From positions 1 to 51,518 of the forward strand of contig JAJYJW010000003.1 in the NCBI GenBank assembly GCA_021789155.1: a DNA stretch of 51,518 bases, read 5' to 3'. Positions 29,648 through 36,888 of this stretch are shown here, piece after piece; the first letter of the stretch is position 1; the number at the start of each line of letters is the position of its first letter. The stretch comes from Candidatus Micrarchaeota archaeon (GTDB taxonomy: Archaea; Micrarchaeota; Micrarchaeia; Micrarchaeales; CABMGC01). Both the position numbers and the translations under genes were made by a program. Below the pieces are notes generated by a model. It was not told where the DNA came from. It saw only the letters and a list, made by a program, of their open reading frames with translations, and did no database searches.

Positions 29648-30547
29648 CTAATTCGCAGACAGTATCGAGCATGCTGCGAAGATCCTGGGCTTTTTATCGC
29701 GTATGAGCAGGCATTCGTCCCCCGCAGCAAGAGGCAGCTGCTTTTCCAACTTCAGCGTAATTTCGTCGCCGCTTACGGAATCCACCTTAACTATTGATTC
29801 GGAGAAATTCGACACAATAGAGTATCTGCCGCCTGCCTGCACGTCTTCCTTGTTTACCTCGCTAAGCTTCATTTTTACCTTAACCACAGTTACTTTCGGC
29901 ACTTGCTTTGTTGTAAGAAGATCGCCTTTGCTTATCCTGTCATATTCTATCCCTTTCAGCGCAACCCCGACTCTCGTTCCGGTGTCTGCCTCATTCACGT
30001 CAACATCGTGGCTTTGAATGCTCTTGATCATGACCAGATTGCCATCGGTGTGGTACAATTCCTGGTGCACTGTGAGCTTGCCCTTTGTTACAACGCCCAA
30101 TGCCACTGACCCTATCCCCTTTACTGGGAATGCCTTGTCTATGTCTATCCTGACGTCTTCTCCAGCTGACTCCTTCCCATGCGAGATTATCGAAGCTAGC
30201 AACGAGTCTTTTCCAAGAACCTCGAAATTCTGTATCTTAAGATTTTTAACATAATCGTCAACCGAGTTGTCATCGGTGAATATTATTCTCTTGCCAAGCA
30301 AAGCTGCGCCTATCAGCACTTCTCCGAACGCGCTGTTTATTTCCCTTGTGCTTATGACGACTTGCGAAGAGAGAAGAAGGCATTCTGCCAGAGAGCCGAA
30401 TTTCTCATCGATCGATGCTGGCATAAGCCCAACTATCGTGCCTTCGCCAAGCTTTCTAGTGTAGATGTTTATGCTGCCTTCTGGGCTGCCCTTGCCTATG
30501 AAATCTGCAAGGGTTTTGTCAATAGGTATTGCTATTACTACGTTCAT
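29648..30547 (-). CDS. Archaeal SelB-like protein (degenerate G domain plus EF-Tu domain II)
   Basis: IDKAFPVKGIGSVALG, KSIQSHD, GTRVGVALK, ISKGD. No intact P-loop. Confidence 0.8.
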   Translation of the reverse strand: MNVVIAIPIDKTLADFIGKGSPEGSINIYTRKLGEGTIVGLMPASIDEKFGSLAECLLLSSQVVISTREINSAFGEVLIGAALLGKRIIFTDDNSVDDYVKNLKIQNFEVLGKDSLLASIISHGKESAGEDVRIDIDKAFPVKGIGSVALGVVTKGKLTVHQELYHTDGNLVMIKSIQSHDVDVNEADTGTRVGVALKGIEYDRISKGDLLTTKQVPKVTVVKVKMKLSEVNKEDVQAGGRYSIVSNFSESIVKVDSVSGDEITLKLEKQLPLAAGDECLLIRDKKPRIFAACSILSAN

Positions 30548-30589
30548 TTGAACACTATGGGATGATTACAAAGTCTCATTTCAAAATAT

Positions 30590-31330
30590 TTATACGTTTG
30601 CGTAAACCACCCTTTCGACTTCTCCCTTGCACAACCTTACGATTTCCTTCGCAAGCTCAAGGGTAGCGTCAATCTGCCTTGGATATTCGTTTCTGCCCAC
30701 GACCAGAGGCAATTCCGTGCATCCGAGCAGCAGCACGTCTCTCGTTCCCACAAGCCCGTTTAATGCGTGGTTGACGAACTTTCGCGATTCCTCGATATTT
30801 TCTGCCTTGACTCCGTATATCGCCTTTGTCACCAATGCCTGCACGTCAGGCTCAGGCACAGTGAACTTCACGTGTGCTGCAGACAATGCATCCTGGTATA
30901 TTTGCGAGTATATCGCACCTTCCGTAGCAAGTATGACTACTCTGTCTACATCTGCGAATTCGCTTCTCACCGCGTCAACCGCAAGGTTCACCATGTTAGG
31001 GAAGCTGAAATTTGAGTACTTTTCCTCTAGCTTGCAGACTATTTTCTCGTGCCAATAATGTGCGGTATTGCAGGGCATTGCTATCACTTCTGCTCCCTGC
31101 TTAAGCAGAGATTCTGCGGATTCGCACAGCTTAGGCAATGGCGATATACCATTCCCCAGCAAGGCCGCGGTTCTGTCCGGAGTGCTGCACATCATGTTCA
31201 CTACCATGTCGATATGCTGCTGGTCATTTTTCGCATTTGTGAGAAGGTTTACCTTGTTCACGAAATCGAGAGTTGCAGCAGGGCCCATTCCGCCCATGAC
31301 TCCCAAGGTTTTGTTTCTAGACATCGTCAT
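30590..31330 (-). CDS. Aspartate/glutamate racemase family (PLP-independent)
   Basis: GVMGGMGPAAT, DQQH, PDRT, MPCNTAH and LGCTELP give both catalytic Cys. Start is ATG 31330 or 31324. Confidence 0.92.
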   Translation of the reverse strand: MTMSRNKTLGVMGGMGPAATLDFVNKVNLLTNAKNDQQHIDMVVNMMCSTPDRTAALLGNGISPLPKLCESAESLLKQGAEVIAMPCNTAHYWHEKIVCKLEEKYSNFSFPNMVNLAVDAVRSEFADVDRVVILATEGAIYSQIYQDALSAAHVKFTVPEPDVQALVTKAIYGVKAENIEESRKFVNHALNGLVGTRDVLLLGCTELPLVVGRNEYPRQIDATLELAKEIVRLCKGEVERVVYANV

Positions 31331-31331
31331 T

Positions 31332-32000
31332 TCACCTGCCGTCGTATAGCGCATTGCTCTTTTTCATTGCCCCGGCCCATCTTCTATCTCCATAGGACCA
31401 ATGCCACCATTCCCTAGGGTTGCCTACGAAACCAGCATCGGTCATGACCTTTATCAGCATGTTCCTGTTCTCTTTTGCTTTCCCAGTGACCTTTTCCGAC
31501 AGCATGTACGATTTCTCGTCTGCAGAATTGACAGGGGTGCCCATGTCCAATTCATTGTCATGCTCGTCAGCAACAGTCAGGTCGAGTGCGCCGCCGGTAG
31601 TGTGAGGTGGAACTACTCTTGGGTTCGCAACCCATCGGTCTGTTTCCTTGGCAACCTCTTCATCGTCCCAATCTGAATGCTGCCTCTTAAAGTCATCGAA
31701 ATACTGCTGCCAAATCTGGCGCTGCGCAGACATTGGCCTATACGAGTCTATTATCTTGAAACGCATGCCATTTGGCAATGTTCCCTGTGCTGATACCAGC
31801 ATTCTTGCTACGGTTTCCCTCGAATAGCACGTGTTTTCAGGGAGGTTTTGCAGTTTCCTTGAGGTTTCCTCAATCTCTATTATGAACTTGTCAGATGCAT
31901 CTGAAAGATTCACCAGCTTCTCTCCGTTATCGATAATTGCGATTTTCATCAGCTCGTCGTTGGTGAAAACTGGCGCTACGGCTCCTTTTTCCGTGCTCAT
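31332..32000 (-). CDS. VanX/DdpX-type (M15) zinc D,D-dipeptidase
   Basis: DSYRP..AQ, PPHTTGGALDLT, LDMGT, NR..L...M..AGF, EWWHWSYGD. Confidence 0.9.
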   Translation of the reverse strand: MSTEKGAVAPVFTNDELMKIAIIDNGEKLVNLSDASDKFIIEIEETSRKLQNLPENTCYSRETVARMLVSAQGTLPNGMRFKIIDSYRPMSAQRQIWQQYFDDFKRQHSDWDDEEVAKETDRWVANPRVVPPHTTGGALDLTVADEHDNELDMGTPVNSADEKSYMLSEKVTGKAKENRNMLIKVMTDAGFVGNPREWWHWSYGDRRWAGAMKKSNALYDGR

Positions 32001-33358
32001 CTACCCACCCTTATGGCTTTGGCTGCGCTTTGCCTTACGTTCTTTACCGAATTATCGAAGTTTCTTGCAAGCGCCTTGATATCCGCACATGCGCTTTCTA
32101 TGGTATGAATCCCGTTCGCAACGCTCATATCTGGCATCTTGAAGAGCGCAGGTACCAGTTCCCTCTTTGCTATCCCATTCTCTATGAGGATGTTCATTAC
32201 ATGTGGCCAATAGTTGTGCATTGACCTGCCGGACTTCGCCATATCTGGATACAGCAGAAGCGCTCCGGATATTTCTGCAGCGAGTTGCGGGGAGTTGCTG
32301 TTGTTGAGGAATTTTACGAACTCGTTGCGATTCTGGAACTCCTTCTGTTTCGGATCGAACGATAGCACGTATTCGTTAATCTTGTGGTAAGAATTCTCGA
32401 ATGTGTTCCTTACTGCTGTCAACTCGTTGAAAGACGACAGTGGAATGTCAACTACTGCATATTCCTTCCCAGTCATCACGCACGTTAGGGTTTTGTTGAC
32501 TGCGATATTCCATATCCTGTAGAAATCTGCTAACGTGTGTATGCTACCTGCTTCTACGGCATCTATCGCAAGATCCAAGTAATCCTGATAAGTTGGAACA
32601 TCCGTAAGCATCTTTGAAGTTAGTTCTGCCTGCTCTCTTAGTGATTCTAGGGAAACCTGGGCCTCCGGCTCATGTCTTACCGCTAACTTAAACGGATCCT
32701 CGTTTACCAATAGGGCGTTCATCTTTACCGAATTCACCCTAGGCGACTTTTCGAGGTTCTCCTCAAGCGATTCCAATGGAACTCCGAATTCCTTGAACTT
32801 CAGAACCTTGTTGAATGCGTAAAGCGCCGTTGGCAAGTAAATGTCGTCTGTTAGTTTATTCGAATCCAATATGGTTCTCAGTTCAAGCACTTCTCCATCT
32901 ATTGCCGTGGAAAACACCTGCGTTGCCTGCAAATCTCCGAGTCTCTGCAAAACGGTATTGCCTCTATGCGGACTATTCCATATCAATGTGCTATCTTCCA
33001 GGTTTAAGTTTCCAAGGTTTGTCCTTAGCTCGTTTGGGTACTTCTGCGAACTTTCAAGCGCTTCAACTCTTGACAATATCTCACGCAGAATCATGACTCG
33101 CTGTTTTCTGAGCAAAGCGTCAGAAGATGCTATATCATCGTTATTGGACAACGTCGAACGCTTTGAAATAACGTGAGAGTACATCGCCCTTGCGGAACTG
33201 TCTATCTGAGTAGTTATGGTCTTTCCGTTTGGATATGATATTGGGATTTTGTCTTTTTTCGCAGAATTGCTTTGCAGAACTTGCTTGTTATCAGGAGCGT
33301 TCCTACTAGGGGTTTTCTCGTCATTTTCCATAGAATCAACATTTACACTAGGTTTCAT
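31997..33358 (-). CDS. Hypothetical protein, possibly BshC/HUP-like Rossmann fold
   Basis: About 453 aa with a disordered N-terminus. ATGA overlap with the dipeptidase gene. The fold call is only a by-eye motif-spacing resemblance. Confidence 0.7.
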   Translation of the reverse strand: MKPSVNVDSMENDEKTPSRNAPDNKQVLQSNSAKKDKIPISYPNGKTITTQIDSSARAMYSHVISKRSTLSNNDDIASSDALLRKQRVMILREILSRVEALESSQKYPNELRTNLGNLNLEDSTLIWNSPHRGNTVLQRLGDLQATQVFSTAIDGEVLELRTILDSNKLTDDIYLPTALYAFNKVLKFKEFGVPLESLEENLEKSPRVNSVKMNALLVNEDPFKLAVRHEPEAQVSLESLREQAELTSKMLTDVPTYQDYLDLAIDAVEAGSIHTLADFYRIWNIAVNKTLTCVMTGKEYAVVDIPLSSFNELTAVRNTFENSYHKINEYVLSFDPKQKEFQNRNEFVKFLNNSNSPQLAAEISGALLLYPDMAKSGRSMHNYWPHVMNILIENGIAKRELVPALFKMPDMSVANGIHTIESACADIKALARNFDNSVKNVRQSAAKAIRVGR

Positions 33359-33583
33359 AAGCACCACATCTTGTAAAAAAAGTTTTATACGCAGGATATG
33401 GTGCTTACGCGAGGTAAGTCCATATGATGCATATCATGTAGAACATGAAGAAATAGATCATGCTAACCTTCGCTACCATGCGCTTTGCAAAAGTAAGCAA
33501 TGAAGATTGCACGTTTATACCTTGTTTAGTGGTTGTGAATTGAATGATATAAAAATCTTTTGTTCAACTTTAAAACAAAAGAC

Positions 33584-34765
33584 TCAGTCTCTTGCAGCGT
33601 GCAGCGTTATTTCCTCCCTGTTGTGGGGGAGCTTCTTCACGCTCACGGAATTGTATTTTCCTGAAAGTATCTCCTCCGCCTTTGACACGTGGCGCATAAC
33701 TGCCATATTCTGCAATTTAACCGTCAAAACCAGATCAGCACCGCTTTTCATAAAATTCGCCGACATGTCTGCAAGATGCGCCCCCTCGGTGGAAGAGCCG
33801 TTTATGTCTATCATGAGCATTCCGAATTTTCCAATAGCTTTTATTATATGCTGAAGCACATCGGGAATGTTGCTGGCACGCACGTGAATTATGTCAAAAT
33901 CTGAATATTTCAGTTCCGAGTCGAATGCCGCAAGAGTTATGTTATCGAAATTTTTAGTAGCATTGACAAGTGTCTGTTCGTCCGGATGTTCTGCCAAAAC
34001 GAGTATTTTCTTGCCATTAGAGAATTTATCGTAAAACAAAAGCCCATAGTCTATTGCTACTATCTTTGAACCCAGTTCAGACAAACAGTGCGTCCACCCA
34101 CCCGGGGCTGCGCCTATGTCAAGCACGTAGCCTGTTGGATTTATCCCAAAGAACTGCATCGCTTCGATAATCTTGTATTCTGCACGATTGATTGCAGCAT
34201 ATTTGCTTGCGTTAGCTTGCCTGAACCTATCCACATGATTCGATGGGCTTGATTCGCAGACGAATCCGATGTTCTTCGTAAGCGCGACCAATATCGTCCT
34301 TTTAGGGTTCTTCAATTCGGGTATTATCCCAAGGCTTTCCATATGCAACCCCAAAATCACCTCTATGTCCTTCGCCTTCTTTTCTGATACGAACCCAATC
34401 TTCTTGACTTCAATGCTGAACGAATGCGAATCTTCCTTCTTGATCACTTTTGCAATAGCCCCTTCTAACGAAGAATAATCATCTCCGTTAAGTTCTACTT
34501 GCGAGTGCAATTTTAGGATATTGTCAACGAATGAAAACTTCCTCGATACATCGCTCAGGTCTTTTTCGGCAATGGATGAGCTTCCGGAAAACATCCATGT
34601 TTCTATGTGGTGCGTTTGAAACGTGATGGAATTTGAAGGCAGTTTTGACAGTTCCTTCTTGGCGTAGTTTGCGAACCTTGTATCTGCTAATGCAACGTAA
34701 TGCAAACTATCAAAACCATAATCAGCTTGTTCCAATAAGTCGCCCATTTGATAAGATACGCTCAA
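33584..34765 (-). CDS. THUMP + FtsJ/RlmM-like SAM-dependent RNA methyltransferase
   Basis: THUMP-like SFSIEVKK...AKDIEVILG...ELKNP; NRAEYKIIEA, VLDIGAAPGGWT, MIDIN, VLTVKL, LPHNREEIT (K-D-K-E tetrad pattern). Confidence 0.82.
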   Translation of the reverse strand: MSVSYQMGDLLEQADYGFDSLHYVALADTRFANYAKKELSKLPSNSITFQTHHIETWMFSGSSSIAEKDLSDVSRKFSFVDNILKLHSQVELNGDDYSSLEGAIAKVIKKEDSHSFSIEVKKIGFVSEKKAKDIEVILGLHMESLGIIPELKNPKRTILVALTKNIGFVCESSPSNHVDRFRQANASKYAAINRAEYKIIEAMQFFGINPTGYVLDIGAAPGGWTHCLSELGSKIVAIDYGLLFYDKFSNGKKILVLAEHPDEQTLVNATKNFDNITLAAFDSELKYSDFDIIHVRASNIPDVLQHIIKAIGKFGMLMIDINGSSTEGAHLADMSANFMKSGADLVLTVKLQNMAVMRHVSKAEEILSGKYNSVSVKKLPHNREEITLHAARD

Positions 34766-34796
34766 TAAAGCGCATTTGTACTCGAATTAATTTCGG

Positions 34797-35825
34797 TTAA
34801 GGGTCGTTAATACCTCTTCCTTTAGTAGTATCTTTTGGCACAAGCCCTATATCCTGCAATAACAGATTAAGCAGCAATTGGTCGTTTATGAATTCCGTAA
34901 GCGAGTTTGACGCAAAACCGAATTTCGCAATATTGCGCAAAGTGCCTTCCACGTTGAAATCGGCAACGGATTTTTCGTCGTTGGTAGAATCCTTGAAATA
35001 CTTGACGATATCTCTTGCAGCGGAAATTACGTTGTGTGCCCATTTGAAACCTGCAATATCTTTTTTCTCGAATTCTTCTAAATAAGATAGATTTTTATTT
35101 TCCTTAAAGCTTGTAAGCGGCGAAGAAGAATATTCTGCACTTGCACTCGCATCTTTCATCAATTCGGCATAGCTTCTTGTTTTTCCGGGGAGACCGCTCA
35201 TGTTTTCTCCCGCTTGCACGAATAATGCGAACGCGCCCATTGCAGCTTTTCCGGTATCAGACGTTTCTATGTGGCCTGAGGATTCTGAGCCTATATCCAA
35301 AATTGCTTCTTTTAGGGATCGATTTGAACTTTTAGAAAGTTCATGCATCATGAAAGTGCCGGCTTCCTTGAGATCGTTTTTGAAGATATAAGCGCCCTCT
35401 ATGAACTCTATGATCTTGGATAGGTTTTCTTGGCCTTTTGCCAATTCCTTATCCAAATCAGATAAAATGGCTAATTTTACAGGTTTCAAAGAGTTGCCGA
35501 AGTCGCTGCCGAAATAAACGGTTGTGTCCTTATCTGCGGTAATTACTTTATCGTTATAGAAAAATTTGCCGAAAGCATACGCGGTATCAGTGAAGCCCTG
35601 CGTTTTACCCTCCTTTTCCGCTTTCGCCCATAGATCGTGCTGAATTGGAGAGAACTCTCCCTTACTCAATACTCCATCATGTATTTTTGACTTTCCAAAA
35701 AACATGTTTTCCAATTCCTTAATGCTCTTAGTAAGAGCTCTATATTCGTCAGATTTGCTTAAGAAATCACTACCTGCTAACGTGGGTTCAAGGTTTTTCA
35801 CTTTATCTAATTTGACTTCGGACAT
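34797..35825 (-). CDS. Hypothetical protein
   Basis: About 342 aa ORF with no recognisable motif. ATG 35825 follows an ATGTGG RBS-like motif. Confidence 0.7.
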   Translation of the reverse strand: MSEVKLDKVKNLEPTLAGSDFLSKSDEYRALTKSIKELENMFFGKSKIHDGVLSKGEFSPIQHDLWAKAEKEGKTQGFTDTAYAFGKFFYNDKVITADKDTTVYFGSDFGNSLKPVKLAILSDLDKELAKGQENLSKIIEFIEGAYIFKNDLKEAGTFMMHELSKSSNRSLKEAILDIGSESSGHIETSDTGKAAMGAFALFVQAGENMSGLPGKTRSYAELMKDASASAEYSSSPLTSFKENKNLSYLEEFEKKDIAGFKWAHNVISAARDIVKYFKDSTNDEKSVADFNVEGTLRNIAKFGFASNSLTEFINDQLLLNLLLQDIGLVPKDTTKGRGINDP

Positions 35826-35893
35826 TACTACCACATATCTTATGCGGTTTGTCTTATATAAGGATTAGTGTTTTTTGCAGAAGGCACGAAAAA

Positions 35894-36067
35894 TCATGCC
35901 TTGCTGCCGGTTCTTTCCTTTATTTCCTTCTTGTTTGGCTTCTTCTTGAAGTTGACATCGTACTTATAGCAGCGCTTCGAGCAGTAGTACTTAGTCGCGC
36001 CCATCTTTCTTACGTACATCATTCCCGTTCCTTTCTCTATTTCAGTTGTACAATATGAACACTTCAT
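35894..36067 (-). CDS. rpl24e: 50S ribosomal protein L24e
   Basis: Absent from the ORF track (57 aa). Manual translation: MKCSYCTTEIEKGTGMMYVRKMGATKYYCSKRCYKYDVNFKKKPNKKEIKERTGSKA. Canonical position after rps28e. Confidence 0.93.
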   Translation of the reverse strand: MKCSYCTTEIEKGTGMMYVRKMGATKYYCSKRCYKYDVNFKKKPNKKEIKERTGSKA

Positions 36068-36071
36068 GAGT

Positions 36072-36314
36072 TCACCTGCTCTTTATCTGCTTGGCCTCTC
36101 TCGTGGTTTCGTTCAATCTTACCTTGTCGTGAACCTTGAGTTTGCCTGCGATGTTGCGCTTTATTGCCCTTCCGGAATCCGGACCTTCCAGTACCTTGCA
36201 TAGTACCTGACGGACTTCTCCGTATATTCCGGTCCTTATAGGGGAAAGCTCCACTATCTCTGCCAAATACCCTGCGAACTTGGACTGATGTTGGTTTGGA
36301 GCGTTACCTGCCAT
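36072..36314 (-). CDS. rps28e: 30S ribosomal protein S28e
   Basis: RTGIYGEVRQVLCKVLEG...RAIKRNIAG...L.ETTREA. Confidence 0.95.
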   Translation of the reverse strand: MAGNAPNQHQSKFAGYLAEIVELSPIRTGIYGEVRQVLCKVLEGPDSGRAIKRNIAGKLKVHDKVRLNETTREAKQIKSR

Positions 36315-36328
36315 TTACACTACCTTAG

Positions 36329-36814
36329 TTACTGCTCTGCTTCGGCTTCAGGTGCTTCTTCGGTCTTTGTCTCTTCCTGCTTAGCTTCCTTTGCCTTCTT
36401 TGGCTTCTCCGCCTTTGCAGGCTTTGCCTCTTCGCCCTTAGCTTCGCCCTTTGAAGCCTTTCCGGTTACCTTTGCTATTATGTCGCTTATTAAAGGAGCG
36501 GCTTCTCCGCCCTTCTCTATCGCAACCGCCGCGCATGACTTCAAGCCAGCCGCAGCACCGAGCTTCTCCTTCTCAGGAACAAAAACAAGAGCTATCTTTC
36601 TCTGTTCGCAAAGAGTTGGAACGTGCATTATGACCTCTTCAGGTTCGACGTCCTCAGCAACAACCACTATTGTCGGAAGGCCTCTTTCAATGCTCTTCGT
36701 AACCTCGTTAACGCCCTTTCTGACGTTACCGTTCTGCACCGCAAGCTTTACAGCTTCGTATGCCTTATCTGCTACTTCTTTTGGTACTTCAAATTTCACG
36801 TATGATTTCGCCAT
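36329..36814 (-). CDS. rpl7ae: 50S ribosomal protein L7Ae with a K/E/A-rich C-terminal tail
   Basis: YVKFEVP, RKGVNEVTKSIERG, AEDVEPEEV.H.P.LC, LGAAAGL. Confidence 0.96.
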   Translation of the reverse strand: MAKSYVKFEVPKEVADKAYEAVKLAVQNGNVRKGVNEVTKSIERGLPTIVVVAEDVEPEEVIMHVPTLCEQRKIALVFVPEKEKLGAAAGLKSCAAVAIEKGGEAAPLISDIIAKVTGKASKGEAKGEEAKPAKAEKPKKAKEAKQEETKTEEAPEAEAEQ

Positions 36815-36888
36815 GTTATATACCTCGTTTCATAGGCTGAATTATAAAATAAGCCGCATTATTGTTTCATGCGGCAACATATATATAC

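Noticed and set aside
29648-30547. Evidence for selenocysteine recoding
   Set aside because: The protein lacks a functional G domain, and no tRNA-Sec, SelD or in-frame TGA selenoprotein was seen.
35849-36058. 69-aa + strand ORF
   Set aside because: Shadow of rpl24e on the minus strand. I also checked rpl24e for a frameshift and it is intact.
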